In this document: positions 28,653 through 38,075 of the stretch, piece by piece | Layout: each line of letters starts with the position of its first letter | How positions within the stretch are numbered: the stretch's first letter is position 1 | NCBI GenBank assembly: GCA_963719425.1 | Contig: OY970382.1 | Coordinates: 522,880 to 586,879 of the forward strand | Length of the DNA stretch: 64,000 bases | DNA from: an uncultured bacterium | GTDB lineage: Bacteria > Patescibacteriota > Minisyncoccia > UBA6257 > 2-01-FULL-56-20 | Direction of reading: 5' to 3' | Notes under the pieces: model-generated | Database searches by the model: none | Told to the model about the DNA's origin: nothing | Seen by the model: only the letters and a program-made list of their open reading frames with translations | Translations under genes and position numbers: made by a program

Positions 28653-28932
28653 TTCCTTATGGGTTCAGTGTACTATTCCATAATGAAGTTGCAAATCGGT
28701 TTGGTGTATTCCTAGGGGGCATATGACGTCCGCTCGCCGACGGTCTTAGCGGCAAGTTCCGCCAAATTGCGCCGTTCCATCATTCTTTCCTCAATGATGC
28801 AGGTTCGTACAGCCACTAAGCCGCCGGAGCACCTAGGAAAAGTATCGGGGAGACCGAGAGGTATCGCTTGATGTAACTAATTTTTTCCGTTACACTGTTG
28901 CTCGGAACGCAGTTATTTCAAGGAGGAGTACA

Positions 28933-29208
28933 ATGGCGAAGCCAATGAATCTAGGCAGCGGCGCTAATGCCGTGATTCTAAACGAACTCAGGAGGAAGGG
29001 AGGCACCGCCCGTTTGAATCTCAAGGTGCTTTCAGCCCAATCCAGCTTTAAACATGGGACTGTCAGCCATGCTCTCCATCGTTTGCAGAGAGAGGGGTTT
29101 GTCAAAATTGAAGAAGAGGGGGCCGGGTTGCGCTCACCCTTGGTCAGCCTCTGCTACCAGAACATTAATCTCCTGCCCTGCACAATCTCTACCCTGGGGC
29201 AGACGTAA
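28933..29208 (+). CDS. Small winged-helix-like protein (cassette)
   Basis: AGGAGG SD; HGTVSHALHRLQREGFVKI. Confidence 0.6.
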   Translation: MAKPMNLGSGANAVILNELRRKGGTARLNLKVLSAQSSFKHGTVSHALHRLQREGFVKIEEEGAGLRSPLVSLCYQNINLLPCTISTLGQT

Positions 29209-29330
29209 GCGTCTTTCACGCTTGACTTTTGCCCCTCCCACCTAAGATTGGCAACAAAAGTTGATAGTTTTAGGTGAGACAGGAGGTTCTCACGTCGTCC
29301 AGTCGCCGGAGCGGAGAATATCGCGGTAAT

Positions 29331-29702
29331 CTATTTGTCTTTATCGTCTCTGCGCACTTCGTTGGCGCCCACCTGGTTCCAATCGTGACGCCAGCGGCGC
29401 TTTTCCTCCAGGAGTTCGGCGGTGGGATTTTGAGCCCACCAACCGCCATCGGATCCCTTAAAGACAATGACATCCTTTTCCAAAACATCCGCAGGGAGGC
29501 CGTGGATATTTCTCTCTTCATCGATGATTATCGGCCAGAAAAGATGTCCTTTCAGGCTATCAACTTCTTTTGGTGTTAGCCTTCGCTTCGCCAGAACATC
29601 AAATACCTCGGAGACCTCGCCAGCATACACTTCTTTATCGGTTTCCCTGGCGTCGCCCTCGTTTGGGAGGGATTCGCTTGGCACCTCGGCGACGTTTTTC
29701 AC
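29331..29702 (-). CDS. Hypothetical protein (cassette)
   Basis: 123-aa ORF between two array sites, TATAAT just upstream. Confidence 0.55.
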   Translation of the reverse strand: MKNVAEVPSESLPNEGDARETDKEVYAGEVSEVFDVLAKRRLTPKEVDSLKGHLFWPIIIDEERNIHGLPADVLEKDVIVFKGSDGGWWAQNPTAELLEEKRRWRHDWNQVGANEVRRDDKDK

Positions 29703-29922
29703 ATTATCATTATAGCCTTAGTTCAATTAATTGTGCATTAGAGAGGTTCTAACGAAGCGGAGAGATGAAATAATCAATAAACAGGCGCTATTCCATACTT
29801 ACAGTAGGTTCGAACAGTTTCTACGATTCGGAGCGGATTTGACTTATCTATGATACATGTGATATAACATGCTCGGATGTTTTGAATTGGCGGCTATGCC
29901 TTAAAACAGCAGGAGGTGATAC

Positions 29923-30501
29923 TTGAGACCCTTCTTTTCCTATCTTGGCGGTGCCGTTGTTTTCCTCGTTTCGCTCTGGTACGCCTGGCGAATCTGGAGA
30001 AAGCGCGTCGAGCCTCAAAACTCGGCAAGTTGGCTGATGTGGGCCGTTATAGATGCCACCGTTCTGGCGTGTACAATCGCTGCGTACAAACCAATGTGGT
30101 TGCCTCTTGGCTACATGGTTGGTGCCTCGACTATCACTCTAGCCCTCTTTATTCGAGGCACATGGCAATGGTCCGAGAAAGAAACATTCTGTGCAGTTGG
30201 CGCAGCGGTCGCCGTAGCAATTTGGCTGACGTGGAGTGCTGCGTATGGCATCCTCGCAGGAGTCGTCGCAATGACACTTGCAGGAACACCGCTTTACGTC
30301 GATCTCATCCGGAATCCAATCCGCAAGACCTGGCCAGTGTGGTTTTTCACGGCAGTGGCCTGTGTATGTACCCTTCTTGGTTCCGATTGGAGCTTCGCAG
30401 GGACGACGCTTGCCTGGGGCGGTCTCGCTTTCAACGGGAGCCTTACGCTGGTCGTGCTGCGACCCAACCGAAGAGGTCAACAGTGTCACAAAATAAATTA
30501 A
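29923..30501 (+). CDS. Hypothetical multi-TM membrane protein (cassette)
   Basis: TTG start after AGGAGGT; TTGACT-N18-TATAAC at 29839-29868; about 6 TM segments. Confidence 0.7.
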   Translation: MRPFFSYLGGAVVFLVSLWYAWRIWRKRVEPQNSASWLMWAVIDATVLACTIAAYKPMWLPLGYMVGASTITLALFIRGTWQWSEKETFCAVGAAVAVAIWLTWSAAYGILAGVVAMTLAGTPLYVDLIRNPIRKTWPVWFFTAVACVCTLLGSDWSFAGTTLAWGGLAFNGSLTLVVLRPNRRGQQCHKIN

Positions 30502-30710
30502 CCTAGCCCGATCCACAAAAGGAGGTTTGATCGGGCCCAGTCCTAAGGTTGTAATTGAATTATAATTTCAGGACTGCAGATGGGTTCTCCCATCGTCCAG
30601 CCGCCGGAGCACCTAACAAAAGTTTCGGACGGACCAAGATGGGTATAGTTCCAATGGTCGAATTAGTTCAAATCCAAGCCGTGAGTCAAAGTGTTTGATA
30701 TAATTCAATT

Positions 30711-31487
30711 ATGGAGTCCTCGCCCAGCCCGGAACCAAAAGCGGCAATCCCCAAACCAGAACATTTCCCAAACCACCTCAAAGAAGGTGTTCCCGCAATC
30801 ATGGCTTGCATCGGAACCCCCGATGATTTCAGAGAAAGTCCCGGCCTTGAGAAATTCGTCTTTCGAAAAACCTCGTTTATGGATATTCCGGGGGCTTACA
30901 ATGTAGACTATTCCGGGCCTCACCGCCTCTTGGTAGAACAAAATTTCAAAAATCCCGAAACCGGATCCTATGTCATATCTCCGATTGACGATTTTAATAA
31001 GTTTTCTCAAACATTCCATGATTGCACGGGGTTGGTGGTCGCCGGTTATGACAAAAAGACTGGTCAAAACATATCCTTTTTGAGCCATCAAGATCCAAAA
31101 TATTTTTCGGAAACTAAAGCCAATCGGGACACTCTCATATCCGACCTGAGGGAACGCCTACTGGAGCTAAAGGAAAGGTGCCGCGAGGGAACTATTGATG
31201 CGGCAATCTTCGGAGGGAAGTATCTGAAACCGGTCAATTCGGAAAATTCTCGATTATACCAGAAAAACTATCTTGACTCCATCAAACTTTTAGCGGATGA
31301 GACGAAAAAAGTCCTCGGCTTCGAACCGATTGTAATGACCGGTCCGAAGAAAGCAAGGTATGGAGCAGATGATGTTTTTTATGACAATGAACACAGAAGG
31401 CTTTATATCGCGAGACCTGAGGTTGGCGACAGTTCAACGCAAAGTTTTACTCCGAGTGCCATAGAAGACCAAGAGAAAAAGTGGTAG
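30711..31487 (+). CDS. Hypothetical protein with a DC...H motif, possibly CheD/CNF1-like deamidase fold (cassette)
   Basis: FHDCTGLVVAG...FLSHQDP...AAIFGG; family assignment is tentative. Confidence 0.5.
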   Translation: MESSPSPEPKAAIPKPEHFPNHLKEGVPAIMACIGTPDDFRESPGLEKFVFRKTSFMDIPGAYNVDYSGPHRLLVEQNFKNPETGSYVISPIDDFNKFSQTFHDCTGLVVAGYDKKTGQNISFLSHQDPKYFSETKANRDTLISDLRERLLELKERCREGTIDAAIFGGKYLKPVNSENSRLYQKNYLDSIKLLADETKKVLGFEPIVMTGPKKARYGADDVFYDNEHRRLYIARPEVGDSSTQSFTPSAIEDQEKKW

Positions 31488-31585
31488 TTAACCACCGAGA
31501 AGCGTCCCAGTTCTACCCTGACCCCAGCACAATTGAGGTTCTCCCATCCTCCAGCCGCCGGAGCGGATTATGGTAAACTGATGCC

Positions 31586-32029
31586 ATGATTTTTGCCCAT
31601 CTTATTGTAGGGGCAATGCCGGTTGATGAGGCTCAGTTTTCCTGGTTTTGGTTTGTAGGCTCAATTATTCCCGACATCGATCACGTGTTGGTCCTCGCGC
31701 ATCGTAGAATTTTCGCATGGGATAAGATTGTTGATAGTTTGCGGCACGAGGAACAATACGGCATCCGGTTCAAAACAAAATACTTCCATTCACTGTTTGG
31801 AGCTCTTATCGTTTCTGCCCTAGTAACTTTTTTCAACCTTACGGGAGGCATATACTTCTTTTTGGCGTATCTGTTCCATCTTCTTCTTGATTGGCCAGAT
31901 AGAGATGTAAAACAATACCTGTATCCCTTCAAGAAAGAATTTCGAGGATTCTTGCCTATCTTTTCCAAAACAGAGCAAGCACTTACGGGCATTCTGTTCC
32001 TTTTAATGCTCCTGTTATACAGGTTCTAA
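31586..32029 (+). CDS. Membrane metal-dependent hydrolase, YdjM-like (cassette)
   Basis: MIFAH, IPDIDH, FHSLFG, HLLLD; the stop codon lies inside the array site at 32021. Confidence 0.75.
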   Translation: MIFAHLIVGAMPVDEAQFSWFWFVGSIIPDIDHVLVLAHRRIFAWDKIVDSLRHEEQYGIRFKTKYFHSLFGALIVSALVTFFNLTGGIYFFLAYLFHLLLDWPDRDVKQYLYPFKKEFRGFLPIFSKTEQALTGILFLLMLLLYRF

Positions 32030-32143
32030 CGTCGTCCACGCTTCGGAGCGGAGATGAGATAATCAGGGATTTTAGCTTCTTGCGGTAGCAAAGCGTGGCA
32101 ACTCGCCGTTTTCTTTTTACTGATTCCGCGATACTATGAGCAT

Positions 32144-33445
32144 ATGAAGCCGCCCTACATTATGCGGGACATTGTGCGTCCCAAGCCCGTCGTGAGATCC
32201 AACGGCAGGAAGTTCGTTCAAGCGGTTTTTAAATTATTCGGCGCAAAGATCCCCTTTTTTATTTGGCTCGTCATCATCTTTGCCGAAACGGTTGGCGCGG
32301 TGAGAATCGCGAAGGTGTCTCAACCCGACGTGGTGACGAACGTTCCCCAAGCGGCGATTATGGTGCAAAACGTCGTCGCGCCTCCCACTTCTATCTCTAC
32401 TTCCTCTACTTCTACCGCTATTTCTACTTCTACTGTTTCCACTTCTACCGCGGCCACCATAAGGTTTGGATCATTGCCCGTAGTCAAGGTGCCTCCCTTC
32501 AAAGCAACAAGTACGGCAGTATCCAGTAGAAAAACCGCCACCCAACCGAGCCAGCCAAAGTCAGCACCAATGCCAACAGTAGTTACTGCGAGGTCGCTCT
32601 TGGACGCCACCACGCTTTCCGTGAGCGAGGAGCGTGACGATCCCTATAAAGCTACATTCGTAACAGACGCAGGCACCTACGGCAAGATAACATGGAGTCT
32701 GGACGATGCCACGCTCACCGCGAGTGATTCCATGCCGAGTTTCTCCATTTCTTTCTCTTGCAATCCGTCACCCAACATACCGGATCCCAGCGCACTTGAC
32801 CAGAATCCGACGTTCAACGTAAGGACTTCCTATACCTGCACTATAGATTTCGCTCCTGCTTCCGGGAGTGACCAGCGAACACAATCCAAGCAATTCTCTT
32901 TCACGACCGGCGCCGGGCAACTCATTATTACACCGCCGTCGTCCATGAATACTTTGCTTAATAACAACACAAACTTTGGAGGATTTACTTTCAGGAATGA
33001 CGATACCCAACCGATCACTATTACCGGCTTGGATATTGATGTTTCGTATAAGGGCTTAAATATCGCAAATACCCCTTTGGTTTTGAGGGTTGAAAATCCC
33101 GTGAGCGGAGCCTCGCTCGCCGATTACCATCTGGAAAATCTGGCGGCAGATCCGTCCTCTTCTTATGCGTATGCCGGAACGGACATTCACATCCCGCTTT
33201 CCTTCACGCTCGGCGCCGCAAGCCAGAAGATGCTTCCCGTTGATATTTTGGGGGTGCAGAGATTGAACATCTACGGGGTTAATCCAACTATCGCCGTCAC
33301 GTTGCGTGGGGTAACGACAAATCAAAGCGCGAACAAAATAGTGCTCAGCTCCCCTACCATTTCGTGGTCATGCGTCGTTCCCCTTGGCGCGTACGATCCC
33401 AATGCGACCAGCGGCCCCTATGCAACCGGTCAGGCGTGTCAGTAG
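32144..33445 (+). CDS. Hypothetical membrane-anchored extracellular protein
   Basis: TM helix, Ser/Thr-rich linker, beta-rich C-terminus. Confidence 0.7.
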   Translation: MKPPYIMRDIVRPKPVVRSNGRKFVQAVFKLFGAKIPFFIWLVIIFAETVGAVRIAKVSQPDVVTNVPQAAIMVQNVVAPPTSISTSSTSTAISTSTVSTSTAATIRFGSLPVVKVPPFKATSTAVSSRKTATQPSQPKSAPMPTVVTARSLLDATTLSVSEERDDPYKATFVTDAGTYGKITWSLDDATLTASDSMPSFSISFSCNPSPNIPDPSALDQNPTFNVRTSYTCTIDFAPASGSDQRTQSKQFSFTTGAGQLIITPPSSMNTLLNNNTNFGGFTFRNDDTQPITITGLDIDVSYKGLNIANTPLVLRVENPVSGASLADYHLENLAADPSSSYAYAGTDIHIPLSFTLGAASQKMLPVDILGVQRLNIYGVNPTIAVTLRGVTTNQSANKIVLSSPTISWSCVVPLGAYDPNATSGPYATGQACQ

Positions 33446-33466
33446 CAACCCCGGATGGAGAACCCA

Positions 33467-33862
33467 TTAGTCCGCGTTCAACCTCTCATACACTTCACCG
33501 GCCAATTTTCTGAACAACGCCCGCTTTCTCCAGAAAAAATTGCTCTCGGAAAACTCCTGATTCCGGATCCGACCTAGGTCCCGGACGTTCATGTAGCGCG
33601 CATGTCCAAGATCCTTATTGGTTTTCACACCGGCATCCTCCAGCCCCTGATAAATTTGCCGCAGATAACCGTATTTGGTCGGGATATTGAGCTCGCGGCT
33701 GATCTTTGTGCGGTACGTAAGGCCGTCGGAAAAGGCCGGATTCAATTCAATATATTTAATGAAACCGTGGATGGCCTCAAAGAGGCCGAATCCCTCGGGC
33801 GCTTGTAAAACCTTTTGAAATTTCTTATCCAGATCAAGTTTTGTCTTTTTAAGGAGTTTCAT
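33467..33862 (-). CDS. Hypothetical protein
   Basis: 131-aa ORF. Confidence 0.6.
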   Translation of the reverse strand: MKLLKKTKLDLDKKFQKVLQAPEGFGLFEAIHGFIKYIELNPAFSDGLTYRTKISRELNIPTKYGYLRQIYQGLEDAGVKTNKDLGHARYMNVRDLGRIRNQEFSESNFFWRKRALFRKLAGEVYERLNAD

Positions 33863-33969
33863 ACTGGTATATAAAGACTAACACGTTCCAGATCAAAAAG
33901 CCACCGAGTCCCCTCCATGGTGGCTTTCCAGAAGAAGGCCGCAGATAGTACGCCCGGGCTGGCGCACGC

Positions 33970-34350
33970 TTACATAAATCCCAAGTACAGCAAAACCAAG
34001 CCCAGAATAAAGGCAACAATCCCCCCGAACACGAGCACGACGTCTGTATTGCACTTTCGGTACAGCGAGATGGCGGGGCCGGGAAGCAGGAGGAGGTAAG
34101 CCCCCTTTATGAGCGTGAGCCATCCGAGGATCGTGACGAGCAAGGGCAGTCCTGAGGTCCAGACATTATTCATCACAATGAGCACGGCGCCCATGGTCAA
34201 AATGAGAAAGCCCCACAACCACAAGAATCCTCGGTCCTGCGTTACCTTTTCAAGAGCAGCAGCCACATTCCTTCTATCGAAGACCACCGATATGCCCATT
34301 ACCGCGATAACAATCCCCAGTACTTGAGTAATAGCGACGGAAACGTTCAT
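33970..34350 (-). CDS. Hypothetical 4-TM membrane protein
   Basis: MNVSVAITQVLG...NNVW...VTILGWLTLIKG. Confidence 0.7.
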   Translation of the reverse strand: MNVSVAITQVLGIVIAVMGISVVFDRRNVAAALEKVTQDRGFLWLWGFLILTMGAVLIVMNNVWTSGLPLLVTILGWLTLIKGAYLLLLPGPAISLYRKCNTDVVLVFGGIVAFILGLVLLYLGFM

Positions 34351-34542
34351 ATATTTATGTTGGTGATATAAAACCGACCTTTCCATTATTATAACGCTAT
34401 TGAGGGCGAGAATATCGGCATTCAGGAATTTTGCGGCTTCCAGCGGTTCTGGTTCCTGCCGCCGGTACGGGTTTGTGATCTCGGCTTGGGCAAAAGAAAA
34501 AAGCGCCCTGAGAAGGCACTTTCTTCTTTTGGAACAAGACTC

Positions 34543-34773
34543 TTACATCTTTCCTTCGTGCTTTGCCCAACAACCGCAGGATCTCTTGCCCAGCTTCACG
34601 CATCCCACGATGATAACGAGGATCGGCCAGATGACGTTGACAAACCCCCACGTGAGGATGCCGAGCGCCCCGAGCAGGAAATCCAACCCGAAAAGGATGA
34701 CGAGAATCGGCATAGCCTTATGGCACCCGCACCCGCACGTCTTCCCGCCCATTTTTACACCGTTATTTTCCAT
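34543..34773 (-). CDS. Small membrane protein with Cys-rich ends
   Basis: CGCGCHK...two TM segments...WP...CGC. Confidence 0.65.
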   Translation of the reverse strand: MENNGVKMGGKTCGCGCHKAMPILVILFGLDFLLGALGILTWGFVNVIWPILVIIVGCVKLGKRSCGCWAKHEGKM

Positions 34774-34872
34774 GATACGTAGTTTGGAGTATACCGACCT
34801 TTCGCTGACTATGTGTTCCATTTCATTATACCTCGTCCAGCTGTCGGTAATCAATCTCTCACGCGTTACCTA

Positions 34873-35331
34873 TCAGCCCTGCTGTTCCGCCATTGACATA
34901 AGCTGCTTCACCAAGTCCTCTTTGGAAAATCGCTCGTAGTTTACGGCAATGCTGCCGTCACTCACGTAGGTGATTCTATCTCCGAAGACAATCAGGGTGA
35001 TCCGTAACTTTTCGAAATTGCTGCGCCCAATCCGCTTGGCCGTTTCCTCGAATGCATCAATAAGTTTCCACAACTGATACTGCTCCTTATCTTTGCCTCG
35101 GGAGATGAACCCAGCGAAATCCACATTGGGATAGCGGATTACCAATTGCTCAAGGCTTGAGATAGTCGAGACTGCGCTGTGAGGATCTTGCCCCGTGGCC
35201 GACGCGTCACGAGCCAACATCTTCTTAAGGTACTCCATGACAAGCTCTTGCTGGGCACGGGGAAGAGAAGAGAGTTTTGTCATAACCTCTTCGAAAACGA
35301 TTCCCCTATCTTCATGGTATGGAGAACTCAC
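34873..35331 (-). CDS. Hypothetical protein
   Basis: 152-aa ORF with GTG start. Confidence 0.5.
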   Translation of the reverse strand: MSSPYHEDRGIVFEEVMTKLSSLPRAQQELVMEYLKKMLARDASATGQDPHSAVSTISSLEQLVIRYPNVDFAGFISRGKDKEQYQLWKLIDAFEETAKRIGRSNFEKLRITLIVFGDRITYVSDGSIAVNYERFSKEDLVKQLMSMAEQQG

Positions 35332-35406
35332 CTTTGCAGTATACTCCAGGCTCTCACATCGTCCAACGCCGGATCCCTCTCGAATTCGAAATGATATTGG
35401 AGCTTT

Positions 35407-35985
35407 TTATAGCGCCGCCAATATTTCTTTTGTTTTCCGCACAAGGCCAATGCGTGGAAATGTTTTGGTGATAGTGAACGTATGCTCTTCAGCCGACATG
35501 GCGGACATGGCATCTTCCGCAAAGATCTGCTGATACCCGTATTCATACGCGAACCGCGCGGTGCTCTCAACACCGATGTTTGTTGATATGCCGCACAGCA
35601 CCACGGTGGTTATGCCGCGCCGTCTGAATTCCAAATCAAGCCCCGTGCCGTAGAAAGCGCCCCATTGATGCTTCGTGATCACGAAATCACCCTGCTTCGG
35701 TCCCATCTGGGGAACGATTTCCGCCCAATCCGGCGGAAAAGGTTGCGCGGGCACTGGCCTCGCCACATCAGCGATGGGATGCAACGCGTCTTTTCCATCC
35801 GGAGACGGGGTGACCCGCACCAGAAATACCGGCATGCCGTTCTTTCTGAAGGCCTCGGCAAGCGCAGCCGCATTTTTTACGACGGTTGCGGACGCATATG
35901 GCACGGTTTGCCGCCCCGCGATACCTTTTTGGAGATCAATGACGACCAACGCCGTCTTTGATCTATCAATGGATAGGTTGCTCAT
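35407..35985 (-). CDS. Isochorismatase-family hydrolase
   Basis: ALVVIDLQKG, KHQWGAFYGT, GISTNIGVESTAR. Confidence 0.88.
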   Translation of the reverse strand: MSNLSIDRSKTALVVIDLQKGIAGRQTVPYASATVVKNAAALAEAFRKNGMPVFLVRVTPSPDGKDALHPIADVARPVPAQPFPPDWAEIVPQMGPKQGDFVITKHQWGAFYGTGLDLEFRRRGITTVVLCGISTNIGVESTARFAYEYGYQQIFAEDAMSAMSAEEHTFTITKTFPRIGLVRKTKEILAAL

Positions 35986-36114
35986 CTCTGTTATATTACC
36001 ACTTTCGGGTAGAACCACGCACTAAGCATGGATATAAGCAGCGTGACAACGGCAAGCATGCCGACATCATAACCACCGACAGGGGCCACGATGAGAACGT
36101 GTCTTATTGTTGTT

Positions 36115-37839
36115 TTATTCCCCCGCGTTCAGCGCCGCGCGCGTGCTTGGGCCGACATAACCAGCCGGATCAATGCCGTGCGCGGCCTGATATTGTCCAA
36201 CGGCGGTTTCAGTGAGCGCCCCGTAAAACCCAGTGATCGGGCCGGAATAGAACCCTTTTTGCGTGAGATACTCTTGGAGTGCCGTGACCTCCGCACCTTG
36301 CGATCCTGCACTCAAAAATTGGGTGAAGGTGTACGCATTTGTGGTGGCGGCGGTGGGGGTGGCGGATGTGCCGCTTGTCGTTGCTCTGCCGCTCGCACTT
36401 CCGGCGAGCTCTGTGAGTGTGGTTGCCATGGTTTGGATCTGCGTCACAATCTGCGCGAGCTCACTTTGCATGGACTGAATCGCGGCGAGAAGCGTGCTCG
36501 CCGACGTACTTTGCGTTGCCGCCGTTGTCGCTTGGCCCGTCACCGTAACGTAGAGCGTGTTGCAGCTGCCGCCTGAGGCGCATACCGTAATTGAGTCCGA
36601 ACCGATGTTCGTGCCGTAGAGCGTAAGCGTGCTGCCGTTCACACTCGCCTGTGCGACATTAGAATTCGCATTTGACGAAACATAATAGCTCGCGCTCCCC
36701 GAAAGCGAGATGTTCATGCTTCCCCCGACGGCGAGCGTCGGGTTCGTAACGCCGAACGTCACCTGGCCGGTGTTCGTCGCACCGACGGTAACATAAAGCG
36801 TCCCACAACCGTTGGAAGTGGAACACACTGTGACCGTCGTCGCGCCGTTCGTGAGTCCGGAGATTGTGAGCGTATTGCCATTCAGGGATTCCGACGCCAC
36901 GCTGGGATTTGAATTCCCGGTCATGTAGTAGCCAGACCCGCCGGAAATGGTAACGGGAACGATCTGACCGACTATGATAGATGGATTGGAACTGCTGAAG
37001 TACAACGATCCGTTCGTGGTGGTGCTGCCGACGGTAATGTACAGCGTGCCGCAGTTCCCGGACGTATCGCACACCGTAACGTTCGTATTGCCGAGGGCCG
37101 AAGCGGTTACCGTTATAGTATTCCCGCTTAAGACGGCGGAAGCAATGCTCGGACTGGAATTGCCCGTGACGGAATAGCTGCCGCTGCCTCCGGTCACGAC
37201 GACCGTCGTGCCCTGCCCGACGGCGAGCGTGAAATTATTCTGACTGAAGGAAAGCACGCTTCCGGCCTGAACGATGATGTTTAAGTTTGCACAGTTGGAA
37301 GCCGTGCCTGAGTAGCAGATTGTGGCGTTCGTCCCGCCGATCTGGTTGGCAACGACGGTGATCTGCGTTCCGTTCGTCTGAATGGAGGCGACGGATGGAT
37401 TGGAATTCGTCGCCATGTATACCGGCGCGGAACTGCCCTGCGAATATACGGTGGCAGACTGCCCGAGGCCGAGCGTGACGCTTGTCTGATTGAGCGACGG
37501 CGTTCCCGTGGGGGCGGGCCATGTTTGCATTGCGGACTGTTGGCTGTTCACGATGACGTACACGGATCGGCCTGCGTTGATGCCGTAGGAAGACGCGCTC
37601 ACGGTTGTTGAAAAATATCCGCTTGCATTCGTCGTGCCAAGCGTCATCGTCTGCATCCCCGAGGCGCTCGCAACGTTGTAGTAGAACATTACGCTCGCGT
37701 TCGAATCTCCCGACACGCCCACCTGAACGGAATTGCCCCCCACGCTTGAAAGCGAAAGCGTCGGCGTCGCCGCATAGGCGCTCGTCGCCGCGAGGAGCGA
37801 GAGAACTACCCCGACAATTGCGATTTTGATAAATTTCAT
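36115..37839 (-). CDS. Secreted Ig-like-repeat protein with C-terminal peptidoglycan-binding domain
   Basis: Signal peptide; repeated SNPSVAS...T-x-TVC...CGTLYVTV units; GAEVTALQ...TGFYGALTETAV...GYVGPSTRAALN. Confidence 0.85.
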   Translation of the reverse strand: MKFIKIAIVGVVLSLLAATSAYAATPTLSLSSVGGNSVQVGVSGDSNASVMFYYNVASASGMQTMTLGTTNASGYFSTTVSASSYGINAGRSVYVIVNSQQSAMQTWPAPTGTPSLNQTSVTLGLGQSATVYSQGSSAPVYMATNSNPSVASIQTNGTQITVVANQIGGTNATICYSGTASNCANLNIIVQAGSVLSFSQNNFTLAVGQGTTVVVTGGSGSYSVTGNSSPSIASAVLSGNTITVTASALGNTNVTVCDTSGNCGTLYITVGSTTTNGSLYFSSSNPSIIVGQIVPVTISGGSGYYMTGNSNPSVASESLNGNTLTISGLTNGATTVTVCSTSNGCGTLYVTVGATNTGQVTFGVTNPTLAVGGSMNISLSGSASYYVSSNANSNVAQASVNGSTLTLYGTNIGSDSITVCASGGSCNTLYVTVTGQATTAATQSTSASTLLAAIQSMQSELAQIVTQIQTMATTLTELAGSASGRATTSGTSATPTAATTNAYTFTQFLSAGSQGAEVTALQEYLTQKGFYSGPITGFYGALTETAVGQYQAAHGIDPAGYVGPSTRAALNAGE

Positions 37840-38075
37840 GGCTGCATATTTATGGTACCTCTGATGCGAACGGTCTGCCAGTCGCGGAGCCCCGCCTCGC
37901 GATTTCTTCGTCGGTATGTTCCAATATCCTATTTACGATTCAGAAAGCAATAAGGTTGCGCGCCTGCCATGCCTGCATCGCAGCAGGGCCGGGCGCGAAA
38001 CCTCGCTTGGCGAAAGCGGACAGACCGACAAAGGGAGCCACAGTAAAACTCGAAGCTGTATTGCTTTTAAAGCAT

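Larger units (their letters stand above)
19284..32049. mobile_element. tRNA-Asn-anchored genomic island / accreted cassette region
   Basis: LSR abutting the tRNA 3' end, AT-rich cargo, nested inverted repeats and repeated tRNA-end-like sites; right boundary taken at the last site. Confidence 0.7.
28801..32049 (+). repeat. Array of seven att-like sites, consensus AGGTTC-N14-CGCCGGAGC, separating single genes
   Basis: Copies at 28801-28830, 29284-29312, 29744 (internally deleted), 29806-29834, 30582-30610, 31536-31564 and 32021-32049. Confidence 0.85.

Noticed and set aside
28801-32049. CRISPR array interpretation of the repeated ~29-bp motif
   Set aside because: Intervals range from tens of bp to ~930 bp and contain whole genes, the middle of the repeat is variable, and no cas genes are present.
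28801-32049. Classical integron with attC sites
   Set aside because: No IntI-type tyrosine recombinase in the window; the sites lack the long attC palindrome and GTTRRRY end and instead match the tRNA 3' end.
19284-32049. Prophage, ICE or diversity-generating retroelement
   Set aside because: No structural, replication, conjugation or reverse-transcriptase genes are recognisable.
33449-33466. Inverted GGGTTCTCC as an eighth array site
   Set aside because: It lacks the CGCCGGAGC half and is too short to distinguish from chance.
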